Positions 19,214-30,455 of a stretch of 64,000 bases of DNA are shown here, in pieces (within the stretch, counting starts at the first letter, position 1; the number at the start of each line of letters is the position of its first letter). A program made the position numbers and the translations under genes. The DNA comes from Ostreococcus lucimarinus (taxonomy: Eukaryota), in the NCBI GenBank assembly GCA_000092065.1, contig CP000583.1; one strand, written 5' to 3'. Under the pieces are notes generated by a model, which was not told the DNA's origin, ran no database searches, and saw only the letters and a program-made list of their open reading frames with translations.

Positions 19214-22200
19214 CTAAGGTTCATAACTCAAGTTCGGTCCCAACCAGCGTTGCACTTCAGAGAGCTCCATCTTTTTGCGGCCCGCGTATTCTTCAACTTG
19301 GTCAGACGTAAGCTTACCGACGTTGAAATATTCAGAGCACGCGCCTGCGAAGTACAAGCCAGAGACCGAGGCCGAGGGAAGCATGGCGAACGTCTCGGTA
19401 AGTTCGACGCCAATTTCTTCCTTGACCTTCATCAAGTCCCACATTGTCGCCTTTTCCGTGTGATCTGGCTGGGACGGATAACCCGGCGCTGGACGAATGC
19501 CTTGATATTTCACCTTGAGTAAGTCTTCGCAGTTGAAAGACTCATCCTTGGCGTAACCCCAGTCATCCTTACGGACGCGCTCGTGGAGCAACTCCGCGAA
19601 CGCTTCAGCGAGGCGATCAGCCAAGGCTTCCGCCATGATGTAGGAGTAATCGTCGTTCGCAGCCTTGAACTCGGCCGTAAGCTCATCGAGACCAAATCCA
19701 GCAGAGCACACGAACATACCGAGGTAATCCTTCACACCGCTATCCTTCGGGGCGATGAAGTCACTGAGCGCCATGTACGGCTCGTCGGTGTCTTTTTCGG
19801 CTTGCTGGCGGAGCGTGTAGAAAGTGTGGTGCGTCGTTGTCCGGCTTTCATCTGTGTAAACGACGATGTCATCGCCAACGGAGTTGGCCGGGTAGAAACC
19901 ATAAATACCCTTGAGAGTAAGTCTCTTGTTTTGCTTGATTTTTGTGATCATCGCGTTGGCCTCGTCGAAGAGCTTCTTCGCCTCGGGGCCGACAGTTTCA
20001 TCGTTGAAAATCTTCGGGTAGCCACGGTTCGGGTAGCGACCACGCAGCTGCCACACCTGGAAGAACGGATTCCAGTCAATGTACGGAAGCACATCGTCGA
20101 TCGACACCTCCATCGCCTTGGCTCCGCAGAACTTGGGAGTGACAGGGACATTCGGCGCGGCGGTGAAGTCCACCGGTTTCACAGTTGCTCTCGCCTTTTG
20201 GAGGGTAAGGTATTTACGATCCTCTAAACCAGCGTAAAATTCGTCACGCATCTCAGCGTACGTTTCATTGATGTCGTCCATGAAGTCAGCGTGCTTCCTC
20301 TTGTCCAACAAGGTCTGAGCCACTGGCACCGCACGCGAGGCATCGAGAACGTGAATCACACCGCCGGAGTAGTTTGGCGTCAGCTTCACCGCAGTGTGCA
20401 TCTTAGACGTCGTCGCACCGCCGATGAGAAGCGGGATTCTCATACCTGCCTTTTCCATCTCCTTTGCGACGGTCACCATCTCATCCAATGACGGTGTGAT
20501 CAAGCCCGAAAGACCCAAAATGTCAGCCTTGCTCTCTCTCACCGCATCTAAAATCTTTTCACAGGGACACATCACGCCAATGTCAATAACCTTGAAGTTA
20601 TTGCACCCTAAAACGACGGCAACAATGTTCTTACCGATGTCGTGCACGTCACCCTTCACCGTGGCGATCAAAAAGGTACCGGCGGTACTGGCTTCAGTGC
20701 TGCCGGTGAGAGCCTTTTCCGCATCCATGAAAGGGATAAGGTGGCCGACAGCCTTCTTCATCACACGGGCAGATTTAATAACTTGCGGCAAAAACATCTT
20801 ACCGGCGCCAAAGAGATCACCAACCACATTCATGCCGTCCATCAGTGGACCTTCGATGACTTCCAGGCAAGACTTGTACTTGTCGCCCACGCGGCACTCT
20901 TCCGTGTCAGCGATGCAGAACTCGTCAATCCCCTTGATGAGGGCATATTCGAGTCGCTTTTCGCACGGCTGGTTACGCCATTCCTTACCCGACCCAGCAG
21001 CCTTCACGGCACCACCGCCAGCGGCACCCTTCTTGCGAAGGTTGCAAGGAGTGGACTTCGGGTCAAGCGTCGCCGCAAATTCGAGCATGCGCTCAGTGGC
21101 GTTGGTGCATCTGTTCAAGAGCACGTCTTCGACGTATTCCAACAACTCCTTGTCCATCTTCTCGTACACATCCTCTTCGACTTGCGCGGCGTTCACGATA
21201 CCCATGTCCATACCGGCCTTGCAGGCGTGGTACAAGAAGGCGCTGTGGAACGCGCGGCGCACGGGCTCGTTGCCGCGGAAGGAGAAGGCCAAGTTGGACA
21301 CGCCTCCGCTGATTTTGCAACCAGGGCAGAGACGCTTGATCTCGCGAGTAGCGTTGATGAAGTCAACGCCGTAGTTGTTGTGTTCTTCCATGCCCGTGCC
21401 GATCGTAAGAATGTTCGGGTCAAAGATGATGTCTTGCGGGTTGAAGCCAAGCTGTTCGACCAAGAGCTTGTAAGCGCGGCAGCAAATGCGCACCTTCTCA
21501 GCTTCAGTCGCCGCTTGCCCTTCCTCGTCGAACGCCATCACGACGACGGCGGCGCCGTGACGCTTCACGATCTTCGCGTGATGCAAGAACTCTTCCTCAC
21601 CACCCTTGAGGGAGATAGAGTTCATGATGCACTTGCCTTGGCTGCACTTCAAGCCAGCCTCGACGACGTGGAACTTGGAAGAGTCAATCATGAAAGGAAC
21701 CTTGGAGGCGTCCGGCTCGGAAACGAGCAAGTTCACAAAGCGAGACATGGCAGTTTCGCCGTCGATCAAGCCGTCGTCCATGTTGATGTCAATGACGTGC
21801 GCACCGTGCTCGACTTGCTTGAGCGCGATGGCGAGAGCCTTCTCAAAGTTACCATCGACGATGGCCTTCTTGAAGATGGACGAGCCCGCAACGTTGCACC
21901 GTTCACCGAGGTTGATGAACGTCTTGCGGTAGTCATTTTCGTTCGGCACATAGTTGAACGGCTCGAGACCGGAGATGCGCATAATTTCTGGCACATCGTG
22001 CTTCTTGCGCGGCGTGTACGGTGCCACCATCTGGGCGAGAGCGCCGATGTGGTCATCCGTGGTGCCGCAGCAGCCACCGATGCCATTCAACAACCCCTTC
22101 TCGAGGAAGACGCGGCAGTCTTCGGCCATTTCAGCACCCTTTTGATCGTAACCACCCATGGCGTTCGGCAAACCGGCGTTAGGGTACGCGAACACCCAGC

Positions 22201-23131
22201 AGTCGGCGCACTTGCTCAAGTTCTCAATGTACGGGACCATGTCCTTGGCGCCGAGAGCGCAGTTCAAGCCAACAGCCATCGGCTTGGCGTGGCTGACGGA
22301 GTTCCAGAACGCCTCGTTCGTTTGGCCAGACAAGGTACGACCGGAGTTGTCGACGATGGTGCCGGAGATGAACAACGGAAGACGCGTACCGTAAGCCTCA
22401 AAGAACTTCTCAATGGCGAAAATCGCCGCCTTGGCGTTGAGCGTGTCAAAGATCGTTTCAACCAAAATCAAGTCCACACCACCCTCGACGAGTGCCTCAA
22501 TCTGCTCGTAGTACGCGTCAACAATCTCGTCGAACGTACACGCGCGGAACGCCGGGTTCTCGACGGATGGAGACACCGAGAGTGTTCTGTTCGTCGGACC
22601 AATGGCGCCGGCGGCAAAGCGCGGCTTGGCCGGATTTTGCTCCGTAAACTTCACGCACGCCGCCTTCGCCAAGCGAGCAGCGGCCAAGTTCATGTCGCGC
22701 ACTTCTTCCTTCTTGTCGAGCTCGTAGTCCGCCTGCGCGATCATCGTCGAAGAGAACGTGTTCGTCTCGATGATGTCGGCGCCCGCGGCGAGATACGCCT
22801 CGTGGATTTCAGAGATAACCTCCGGCTTCGTCAGCACCAAGATGTCGTTGTTCCCCTTCAAGTCATGCGTATGATTCTTGTAACGATCACCACGGAAGTC
22901 ATCCTCGCTCAGCTTGTACTTTTGCACCGCCGTTCCCATCGCGCCGTCGATCACCATCACGCGCTTTTGCATGATACCCTCGATGACGTCGAACGCCGCC
23001 GACTTCTTCAACGAATCCACCCACTTCGCGTACTTCGGCACCTTCGCTCTGTTTGTCTTCGGTTTCACCTTCGGGTACAAGTCGTAGTACCCCGGCGCGT
23101 CCCCGAACCGCTTCACCTCGTGCTCCTCCAT
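19214..23131 (-). CDS. METH: Cobalamin-dependent methionine synthase (MetH-type, 5-methyltetrahydrofolate-homocysteine methyltransferase)
   Basis: Collinear with MetH over about 1300 aa: Hcy-binding (GGCCGTT), pterin-binding, B12-binding ([11 protein letters not shown]) and AdoMet-activation domains. Start is taken at the ATG ([11 protein letters not shown]…) at complement of 23129-23131. The open frame continues upstream to 23968, but that part is Arg-rich with a hydrophobic segment and would run into the TIM50 3' end. Confidence 0.85.
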   Translation of the reverse strand: MEEHEVKRFGDAPGYYDLYPKVKPKTNRAKVPKYAKWVDSLKKSAAFDVIEGIMQKRVMVIDGAMGTAVQKYKLSEDDFRGDRYKNHTHDLKGNNDILVLTKPEVISEIHEAYLAAGADIIETNTFSSTMIAQADYELDKKEEVRDMNLAAARLAKAACVKFTEQNPAKPRFAAGAIGPTNRTLSVSPSVENPAFRACTFDEIVDAYYEQIEALVEGGVDLILVETIFDTLNAKAAIFAIEKFFEAYGTRLPLFISGTIVDNSGRTLSGQTNEAFWNSVSHAKPMAVGLNCALGAKDMVPYIENLSKCADCWVFAYPNAGLPNAMGGYDQKGAEMAEDCRVFLEKGLLNGIGGCCGTTDDHIGALAQMVAPYTPRKKHDVPEIMRISGLEPFNYVPNENDYRKTFINLGERCNVAGSSIFKKAIVDGNFEKALAIALKQVEHGAHVIDINMDDGLIDGETAMSRFVNLLVSEPDASKVPFMIDSSKFHVVEAGLKCSQGKCIMNSISLKGGEEEFLHHAKIVKRHGAAVVVMAFDEEGQAATEAEKVRICCRAYKLLVEQLGFNPQDIIFDPNILTIGTGMEEHNNYGVDFINATREIKRLCPGCKISGGVSNLAFSFRGNEPVRRAFHSAFLYHACKAGMDMGIVNAAQVEEDVYEKMDKELLEYVEDVLLNRCTNATERMLEFAATLDPKSTPCNLRKKGAAGGGAVKAAGSGKEWRNQPCEKRLEYALIKGIDEFCIADTEECRVGDKYKSCLEVIEGPLMDGMNVVGDLFGAGKMFLPQVIKSARVMKKAVGHLIPFMDAEKALTGSTEASTAGTFLIATVKGDVHDIGKNIVAVVLGCNNFKVIDIGVMCPCEKILDAVRESKADILGLSGLITPSLDEMVTVAKEMEKAGMRIPLLIGGATTSKMHTAVKLTPNYSGGVIHVLDASRAVPVAQTLLDKRKHADFMDDINETYAEMRDEFYAGLEDRKYLTLQKARATVKPVDFTAAPNVPVTPKFCGAKAMEVSIDDVLPYIDWNPFFQVWQLRGRYPNRGYPKIFNDETVGPEAKKLFDEANAMITKIKQNKRLTLKGIYGFYPANSVGDDIVVYTDESRTTTHHTFYTLRQQAEKDTDEPYMALSDFIAPKDSGVKDYLGMFVCSAGFGLDELTAEFKAANDDYSYIMAEALADRLAEAFAELLHERVRKDDWGYAKDESFNCEDLLKVKYQGIRPAPGYPSQPDHTEKATMWDLMKVKEEIGVELTETFAMLPSASVSGLYFAGACSEYFNVGKLTSDQVEEYAGRKKMELSEVQRWLGPNLSYEP

Positions 23132-23694
23132 CGCCTCCGCCCCGCTCAGTTCCAGGGCGAACGCGGCGATGATGCCGATCGGCGCCAAGATCGGCGTCAA
23201 CACGACGAACAACGCGGCGAACAGCGCGGCTATGGGCCAGGTCGCTAAGATGATAATCGCCCCTCGCTTACCGCTCCGACGAGACGCGTTGTACCATCGC
23301 GCGTAGGCGAGTCTCAGCGCCGGACCGTCGATGGCCGTCATCACGCGGGCGAGCGGCGACGCCATGGTTTCGCGACTCACGGCGCGCGCGCGACGCCGCT
23401 CGGGAGGTCTTCGCGCGAGCGTTCGCGCGAAGAGAATTCCTTCGTGCCGCGGACGCGACGCGCGCGTGCGTGTGACGCGCGCGAGGGCGTCTGAGGGCGA
23501 CGCGCGCGCGGCCGCCGTCGCTCGAGGAGTCGCTTCGAGTGGATAGCGCCTGCGCCTGCGGAAAATCGAATTCGACGAGTCAGGACTCGTCGGCAGTCCC
23601 CGAATGACGTTTCTCCCGCGAGACGCGCGAGGGACGAGGGCGATTGAGGACGCGAAGCGTGGATCGGTGTGACAAAAACTAACGATTTGGCGCG

Positions 23695-24804
23695 TCACGT
23701 CGTCGCCTTGGTGGATTGCGAGGGACGACCGACGTCGTAGCCGCGAGTGATTTTGGGCGAACTCTTGAGCTTGTCGCGACGCTTGCGCTGAAACGCGAAT
23801 TGACGCTCGCGGAAAATCTGAGGAATGTCTTTTCCCGTGGTTTCCATCTCCTTCTTGTAGGATTCGAGCACGATTCGAACGTCTTGGACGTTTAAGCGGA
23901 CGATGGACTCGAGGAATGGCATCAAGTCCAGCAGGGCGGTGTCTTTGGAGCCGTCTTCGTACGTCCACGGTTTGATGGGAATGACGTTGGCGGCGTGAAG
24001 CTCGGCGCTTCTCGGTTTGCTGCTAATGTACAAAATCTGCCCCATGTCCCGATTGAGCTTGCTTAAATCTCTGATGTACTCTCCGTTCTTGTACTGCGCT
24101 GATTCCCGATACAAACGATGAGTGACGTATCTCGTCGGGTCCAAGCGTTCGATGATCGGGTCGCCGTACGTCATCAACTGATCCGTGAAAATCACCATCT
24201 CGTAAAACTGCGACATGTGCTTCAGGAACGCGTCCACTCCGGGTCTCTTGAAAACCCTCCACCCGCGCTCGCGCTTCCAATTGGAGTTTATCAGCGTATC
24301 ATCTAAGTCTAACACCAGCGTGTGCGGAATGTACTCGGCTTGCGCCGGGTGATCGGGCAGCAACTTATCGCTGATCGGATCGAGATAATTATGCGACTGA
24401 TCGTCCATCCACTGACGAAACTTCAACACTTGTTCGACCAATCCTCCGTACGCGCCCTCGAGCGGCGTCCCGCGCATCGTCGTCGGCACGTGTTCGCCCG
24501 CCTCGACGCGTTTCGCCAGTTCCTCCGTCGTGCTCGCGTACATCGACCCCCCCACCACGCACCCCACGCCCGCTCCGACCACGAGCGCCGCGGTTCCGAG
24601 TCCATCGGATATCTTACTCGCCGTCGTCGGCGCTTTCGCCGCTTCTTCGCGCGCATCGCCGAACCAGCGTCGTTTCGTTCCTCCGCGCCAAGGATTCGCC
24701 GTCGCGTTCGGCGAGCTCCCGCGCCCGATCGCGCGCTCGCGTCCGCTCGGCCCGCTCGCGACGCCGCGCGCGCATCGCGCGAGTCGATCGGCGACGCGTC
24801 GCAT
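23695..24804 (-). CDS. TIM50: Mitochondrial import inner-membrane translocase subunit TIM50 (FCP1/NIF-type phosphatase fold)
   Basis: Presequence-like N-terminus, TM segment [19 protein letters not shown], then …[14 protein letters not shown]…KRPGVDAFL…YEMVIFT… . ATG chosen at complement of 24802-24804, because the open frame upstream overlaps the divergent AMPK-beta start. Confidence 0.7.
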   Translation of the reverse strand: MRRVADRLARCARGVASGPSGRERAIGRGSSPNATANPWRGGTKRRWFGDAREEAAKAPTTASKISDGLGTAALVVGAGVGCVVGGSMYASTTEELAKRVEAGEHVPTTMRGTPLEGAYGGLVEQVLKFRQWMDDQSHNYLDPISDKLLPDHPAQAEYIPHTLVLDLDDTLINSNWKRERGWRVFKRPGVDAFLKHMSQFYEMVIFTDQLMTYGDPIIERLDPTRYVTHRLYRESAQYKNGEYIRDLSKLNRDMGQILYISSKPRSAELHAANVIPIKPWTYEDGSKDTALLDLMPFLESIVRLNVQDVRIVLESYKKEMETTGKDIPQIFRERQFAFQRKRRDKLKSSPKITRGYDVGRPSQSTKATT

Positions 24805-24940
24805 CGCCGCCGGTCTCGCGTCGCGTCGCGCGCGCGCGTTTTTGTGACGAATGCGCGAGTCGATCGTCGATCCCAATCGTGAATTCCGCACAAATACGCG
24901 CGCTCGCGCTCGCGCGCGTCTCTCGCGTCGCTCGTCGAGC

Positions 24941-25131
24941 ATGGGGAACGCGCAGAATAAGGCGCGAAACGCCTCGGACGGCGCGTCGGCGCCGGAGACG
25001 CGCGCGAGACGAAGCAGGGACGGGCGAGGGCGGGACGCGAGTCGGAGCAACGGCAGCGAGAGCGCGCGCGGCGCGGCGAGCGAGAGCGGCGAGCGAGGGC
25101 ACGGGGGATGGGAGGGCGCGGATGCGCTTTC
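24941..25131 (+). CDS. AMPK/SNF1/SnRK1 beta regulatory subunit, exon 1 (MGNAQNK… N-myristoylation-type start)
   Basis: ATG at 24941 gives MGNAQNKARNASDG…. The frame must shift to reach the CBM domain. A candidate donor GTACGG is at 25132 and an acceptor acag at 25271-25274; these exact boundaries are uncertain. Confidence 0.45.
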
Positions 25132-25274
25132 GTACGGGTGCGCGCGCGATCGCGACGGCGAACGAGGGAGGGAAACGCGCGCGGGGCGCGCGGGGAAGAG
25201 AGTCCCGAGCGCGAGGGCGCGGCGCGGCGACGCGCGGCGACGAGGACACGACTGACGAACGCGCGCGCGAACAG

Positions 25275-25926
25275 ACCGCAAACGCCCACGGTGCCGATAC
25301 CCGGCGGGGAGGGTGGAGGGGTGAATTACCCGGCGTGGGCGACGACGGAACCGGCGCTGGTGCCGGTGGCGATAAATTGGACCCAAGGCGGGAACAGCGT
25401 GGAGGTGGAGGGGAGCTTTGATAACTGGCAGTCTCGGCAGACGCTGCATCGGAGCGGGAACAGGGAGTTTGCGATCGTGATGTCGCTGCGACCGGGGGTG
25501 TATCAGTACAAGTTTATAGTGGATGGACAGTGGAAATACGCGCCGGATCAACCGGCGATGTACGACGAGATTGGCAACGTGAACAACGTGTTGGAGGTGC
25601 AGGAATACGTGCCAGAAATTTTGGATAGCTTGGATGCGTTTACGGCGCCGGCGTCGCCACCGGCGAGCTACGATTGCGCACCGTTTAACTCGGACGACTT
25701 TGCAAAGGAACCGCCACCGCTACCACCGCAGTTGCACATGACTCTGTTGAACATGCCCATGGTGCCCGACGCGCCGAATTTGCTCCCGCGACCGCAACAC
25801 GTGGTGCTCAATCACACGTATTGCGACGGGACAAAGTCGGAGAGCGGAGTGCAGGTGCTCGGAACGACGCACAGATATCGATCAAAGTACATCACGGTCG
25901 TCTTCTTGAAAGCCACGCAATCGTAG
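25275..25926 (+). CDS. AMPK/SnRK1 beta subunit, exon 2 (glycogen-binding CBM48 plus C-terminal ASC/interaction domain)
   Basis: PVAINWTQGGNSVEVEGSFDNWQ…PGVYQYKFIVDGQWKY…GNVNNVLEV (AMPK1_CBM) and …LPRPQHVVLNHTY…VQVLGTTHRYRSKYITVVFLK (AMPKBI). TAG at 25924-25926. Confidence 0.75.
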
Positions 25927-25969
25927 AATTGAGAATTCCAACTTCAACATCTAGCCTAAAAGCCTAAAT

Positions 25970-28555
25970 CTACGCGCACGTTCCCACGCACGCCGCCGCG
26001 CAGTCCGATTTCCATTCGTACTGACGCTCGTTCGCGTCGCCGACGCACATCCAACCGCCCGCGTTCTCGGAATCACGGAAAAATGCGTGCTCGAGCGCTC
26101 GACCCGCCGTCGGACGCTCGCTCGGATCCCAGGAGAGCAACTTGCGAAGCAGGCGCAGAGTCCAAACAGATTCAAAGCCGACGGAGAGGGGATCGCGCTC
26201 CTTGAAAACCTCCATCAACGCCGTCTCCGTGCAATCCCACGTCAGTAAAGGTGCGACTTGTGTGTTTGGAGGCACTATGCATAGTTCGAGCATCGCGCGC
26301 AGTCGGTAAGCGACCGCGCGAGCTTTTGGATGCACGCCGCGCAATTCTCGCTCGAGCGCCAATCGGGTCGTCTTGCGCGAGATTTGAGAAAACGCCTTGG
26401 GCGAGCCAAGCGCTAAAACTTCCGCCATCATCACGCCGAGCGACCACATGTCGTATTTTGACGTTCGCTCCACCCCACGATCATCACCGAAGAGAACTTC
26501 TGGAGGACTATATTCCGAAGTTTCTTGCGCCATGGACGGGCCGGAGGCTCCGTAAAGTTCCGAGCGACTACGAGCGTCCACGGCACTTCCGAAATCCCCG
26601 AGCCGAGCCTCGACGAAGTCGCCGTCAAGTTTGACGAATACGTTCGCAGGCTTAATGTCTCTGTGTACAATGCCAAATTTGGCGTGACTAACATCCACGG
26701 CGGCGAACACGTGCCTCAAAATTGTCTTCAGCGTTCGACGACCTTTGCGTTGAAGGCGCATGTCTCGCCACCATTCGCTTTGCGTGACAAGTTGCAAACC
26801 TTGCGATCCACCAACGGCTTCGGGGGCGTAAATGAGACGTTCGAGGGACTCGCCTTCGTCTTTGAAGACAAGCCATTGTTCGCTTCCACTCGATGGCGTT
26901 CTCTCAAAGGTGTGTACAAATCTCGCCAAGTGGGGTGACGAGCCGCAGAGCAGCCTTCCGAAGTACACCTCGCGCTCTGCGCTCAATCGTAAATCCGAGC
27001 CCTGATGCAACAGAATACGCTTCAAAATTACCCTGGACGATGCAAACGCATCTGATATTGTGTCAGGAGCGGGTTTACAATCCCATTCGTGCTCCGTCTC
27101 CCGCGACAACTTGCCACGCCACACCTCTCCGAAATGACCTCGAGCGAACGGGCGCTCGCCGGCGGCGAACGCATCTTCCTCGAAATTATCACCACTCGCA
27201 TCGACGATATCGACGTAAGAAGTGATGGCATTTGAGACACTCCCTTTTTCGCTCGTTCCAGGTGCTAACGCTAACGCTGCGAGCGCGCCTTCGATAGCAC
27301 TTTGCTCAAACGTCTTTCCGATGTCAGCCATCGGAAGTTCTTCGTAGTAATCGTCGTACCGGAACGGGATCTCTGCGGGTGAGTGAGGACCGGATGACCA
27401 TGCGATCATTTCCGTGATTTCATAAGCTGAAATACGCGCACCCACTCGGGGGATTTCAGCGACCAGGTCGGAAGGAGTGTGTTGAAGCGCCCCGTGCGCG
27501 ACGCTTTGAATTGGCCGACCCGAGGATAGCGCCCCGAGCGCGACGTTATCGGAGGCCCCAAGGCTAAGCGCACATTTGAGTGCGCGCTCGATTCCACTTC
27601 GCATGCCGCGTGTACTTGCTTCGCTAAACTCTATCGCATCCCAGCTCTCAGCAGCTTCATTTGCTGTGTCGGACCCGGCGTCGCCTCCGAGCGCGATGAC
27701 GGGAACGTTTTCGGCGCGTTCGCAGTCGTGTTTCCCATCGAACACGAACGCGCACGCATCGTCCGCGCGTAGAGCGTCGGTCGTTCCATCGCTTGTTAAT
27801 ATCAATCCCATTTCGTCCCTTTTCCATCGCCTGCGCATGATCTCCGGCGTGGCCACCACGCCAAACGCTTTATGCCTCGCGCCGCCGAGTGCGCGAGTGA
27901 CAAGAAGTTCTCCCCCCACGCGCAGTTTCCCACGCGCGCGCACTATCTTCACTCCTAGCGCATCTAATCGTTTTCTTTCGTTTTCGTTATCTAATCCATG
28001 ATCTTGTGTCAAACGTCGCGCCTTGGCGCGTCCTGACGAATCCGCAAAGCACGCGTACGCCGCGCTATCGCCCGCATGCGCCACCGCGAATCCATCCTCT
28101 CCGCTCGCCGCGAGCACCACCGTCGCCCCACCGCTCGAGCTCGACCGCGCCCAAAATTCGTCCAATTTCGCGATCGTCGTCTCCAGCGCTTTCGCGACGG
28201 CGCGTGACGCCGCCGCGGTCGCGCCGTCGCCGAGCGCGTCTTTGAAAATCTCCGCCGCCGCCAGCGTTGTCGACCTCGACGCCGCACCGCCGTCGTGCCC
28301 GTCGAACACGCCCACGAGATGGAGATGATGAGCACCACCGACGACGCACGCGTCTTCCTGAGCGCGACGGCGGCCTCGCGCGCGCGCGCACGCGCGTTCG
28401 AGTTCGAGCTCTGGGACAGCGGGCGCGTCGAGCGCGCGCAGCGCACCGATGACGAGCGCGATCGCGGCGACGAGCGAAGCGCGGGTGATGAGGAACGGCC
28501 TCAACGGTGCGACCTTCGTCGCCGGCGCGCGCGCCTCCGCGCGCGCGCGCGACAT
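25970..28555 (-). CDS. Fusion protein: N-terminal PP2C-type Ser/Thr phosphatase domain plus C-terminal protein kinase domain; N-terminal hydrophobic segment
   Basis: PP2C motifs GVFDGHDGG, AHAGDS, LTQDH, LILTSDG, GASDNVALGAL. Kinase motifs GHFGEVWRGKL (Gly loop), HRDIKPANVFV (catalytic loop), LGDFGSA (DFG), SKYDMWSLGV. One open frame of 861 aa. Confidence 0.75.
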   Translation of the reverse strand: MSRARAEARAPATKVAPLRPFLITRASLVAAIALVIGALRALDAPAVPELELERACARARGRRRAQEDACVVGGAHHLHLVGVFDGHDGGAASRSTTLAAAEIFKDALGDGATAAASRAVAKALETTIAKLDEFWARSSSSGGATVVLAASGEDGFAVAHAGDSAAYACFADSSGRAKARRLTQDHGLDNENERKRLDALGVKIVRARGKLRVGGELLVTRALGGARHKAFGVVATPEIMRRRWKRDEMGLILTSDGTTDALRADDACAFVFDGKHDCERAENVPVIALGGDAGSDTANEAAESWDAIEFSEASTRGMRSGIERALKCALSLGASDNVALGALSSGRPIQSVAHGALQHTPSDLVAEIPRVGARISAYEITEMIAWSSGPHSPAEIPFRYDDYYEELPMADIGKTFEQSAIEGALAALALAPGTSEKGSVSNAITSYVDIVDASGDNFEEDAFAAGERPFARGHFGEVWRGKLSRETEHEWDCKPAPDTISDAFASSRVILKRILLHQGSDLRLSAEREVYFGRLLCGSSPHLARFVHTFERTPSSGSEQWLVFKDEGESLERLIYAPEAVGGSQGLQLVTQSEWWRDMRLQRKGRRTLKTILRHVFAAVDVSHAKFGIVHRDIKPANVFVKLDGDFVEARLGDFGSAVDARSRSELYGASGPSMAQETSEYSPPEVLFGDDRGVERTSKYDMWSLGVMMAEVLALGSPKAFSQISRKTTRLALERELRGVHPKARAVAYRLRAMLELCIVPPNTQVAPLLTWDCTETALMEVFKERDPLSVGFESVWTLRLLRKLLSWDPSERPTAGRALEHAFFRDSENAGGWMCVGDANERQYEWKSDCAAACVGTCA

Positions 28556-29214
28556 GGCGTCGTGTGGCGTCGTCGCGCCGGGACAGTTACAGTCGAGTCG
28601 AGCGGCTAAATGGTACAGACTACATCGCTATGGCTATCGGACTACGCTGCGCGGTTTCTGGGTCTGCGTCGTCGACTACGACCTCATTCCGCAACAAAAC
28701 CCCCGCGAACGATGTGCCGATCGTCGCGAACGCAATCACGAGCCATATCCACCGCGGTGCTCGTCCGTGAGGCTTCTCTTCCGTCGTCGCTTCGTCCGCC
28801 GTCTGCGTTCGCGAGCTCCGCGTCAGTCTCGTCCCACTCGCGTCTCCGCGTCGCGTTCGATCGACCCGAGGTGTTCGTGGCAAAAAGTAGAGCGCACGGC
28901 GTGGTCTAAACCGCGCGCTCGTCGCAAGCCGACGAGCTGTTTGATGTATCCCGGATCATGAGTACGACCGCCATTTGTCGAGCGGCTATATAGATACACC
29001 GGGAAAACGAGACGAGACGCGCGTTCGAGGCGCGTTCGAGGCGAAGGAAAGACGCACATCGACGGTGGACGACATCGGAGGCGACGATCGAGCCCGCGCC
29101 CGAAGGCGGGTCGCGGGCTGGATTGTGGCGAACCAGGACGCGTCGGCGGGGTACCCTAGGCGCGGGCGGCGCTTACGTTTTGTTACAATGCCTGAGTGTG
29201 TGCTGCTGATCTGG

Positions 29215-30333
29215 CTAGGCTCGCTCGGTGGCAAACGCCATTTCTTCTGAGAATTCCCAAAGCTTGGACGCCAAGCGTGGGTCGCGGCTGGGAAGGCTCG
29301 ATTTCACCGGGAGACATTTGGAAAAGAACGTGCCCGGCGGAAGCTTGGGGGCGGTGAGGCAATACAGCGGCGTCACGACGGCGTCTTCGAGCGACGAAGT
29401 CACCGTAGATTTCAATAAACCCGAAAGAAATGAGCCGCCCGGGAACGCGAGAGATCGCTCGAGCTCGAGCTCCGTCATGCCCGGGGTCGCCGCGACGCAT
29501 CGAACGGGCGAACCATTCTTTGCCAATCTCTCCGACAACGTCCACGCATGCAAGAGATTGGCGAGTTTACTCTGTCCGTAAGAGTTTATCGGCGTGTATC
29601 CCATCTCACTGTTTAAGTTCACGAAATCGATCCCTCTGCTAGGTTTAATCGTCCCCTGTCGCACTCGATAGGTGAAGTGGTGCAAATTTGAGCTGAGGTT
29701 CACCACGCGTCCTTCTCGCCCCGACGCCGCCGCCGTGCGCACGAGCTCATCCATCAACAGCGCGGTCAATTTGAAATGTGCGAGATGATTCACCGCAAAC
29801 TGTCGCTCGATGCCATCGCTCGTGAGTCCAAACTCTACCATCGTCGCCGTCTCGGCGTTTAATATCCCATCTAACGCCCACGCCTTGGCGCAAAACGCCT
29901 TCACGAAGCTTTCGATCGTCTCCAACTTTTCCAGATCGCAGTACAACATCACCACTTCTCCCTCATTCGGCGACTCGCGCGTCGTCGCCTTCGCACCGTC
30001 TGCGTCGCCTTCTTCGTCTCGCGTCGTCGACTCCGTCGTCTCCGGTTCGCGCTCGAAGGCTCCCTCTCCCGCCTTGACGTCCGCGCACGCGCACACCACG
30101 CGCGCTCCCGCGCGCGTCAATCTTTTCGCGCACTCCACCGCGATCGCCGTCGTCGGTACGCCCGTGATGACGTACGTGCGTCCGCTCAAGTCGACCGATC
30201 GATTGCGTCCCAGCGCGTCGTTTTCATCGCCCTCGCGCGTCGCGCCGTCGCTCGATTCCCCGTCCAGCGCGCGCGCGGAGTACCCGGCGCATCCGGTGAA
30301 GCTGTCGCGCACGGCGCGCCACGCCGCGTCCAT
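29215..30333 (-). CDS. Short-chain dehydrogenase/reductase (SDR) family oxidoreductase
   Basis: Rossmann-type N-terminus (YVITGVPTTAIAV…), NLSS, and the catalytic YGQSKLAN (YxxxK), then a PGMTELE-type block. Confidence 0.6.
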   Translation of the reverse strand: MDAAWRAVRDSFTGCAGYSARALDGESSDGATREGDENDALGRNRSVDLSGRTYVITGVPTTAIAVECAKRLTRAGARVVCACADVKAGEGAFEREPETTESTTRDEEGDADGAKATTRESPNEGEVVMLYCDLEKLETIESFVKAFCAKAWALDGILNAETATMVEFGLTSDGIERQFAVNHLAHFKLTALLMDELVRTAAASGREGRVVNLSSNLHHFTYRVRQGTIKPSRGIDFVNLNSEMGYTPINSYGQSKLANLLHAWTLSERLAKNGSPVRCVAATPGMTELELERSLAFPGGSFLSGLLKSTVTSSLEDAVVTPLYCLTAPKLPPGTFFSKCLPVKSSLPSRDPRLASKLWEFSEEMAFATERA

Positions 30334-30455
30334 CGCGCGCGTCGCACTGCCGTCGGTCGCGTTCGCCCGGTTGTCCCACGGCGAGCGCTCGCTCGTCCGC
30401 GCACATCACCGCGCGCGCGCGTCGCGGCGCCCTCGCGCGCGCGCGCCGCGGCGGC

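Noticed and set aside
20642-23248. 868-aa plus-strand ORF
   Set aside because: It is antisense to methionine synthase. MetH is unambiguous on the minus strand.
23695-25551. Full 618-aa ORF-track model for TIM50
   Set aside because: The upper 250 codons are Arg/Pro-rich and overlap the oppositely oriented AMPK-beta exon 1 with its MGNAQNK start. TIM50 was started at the presequence Met at 24804.
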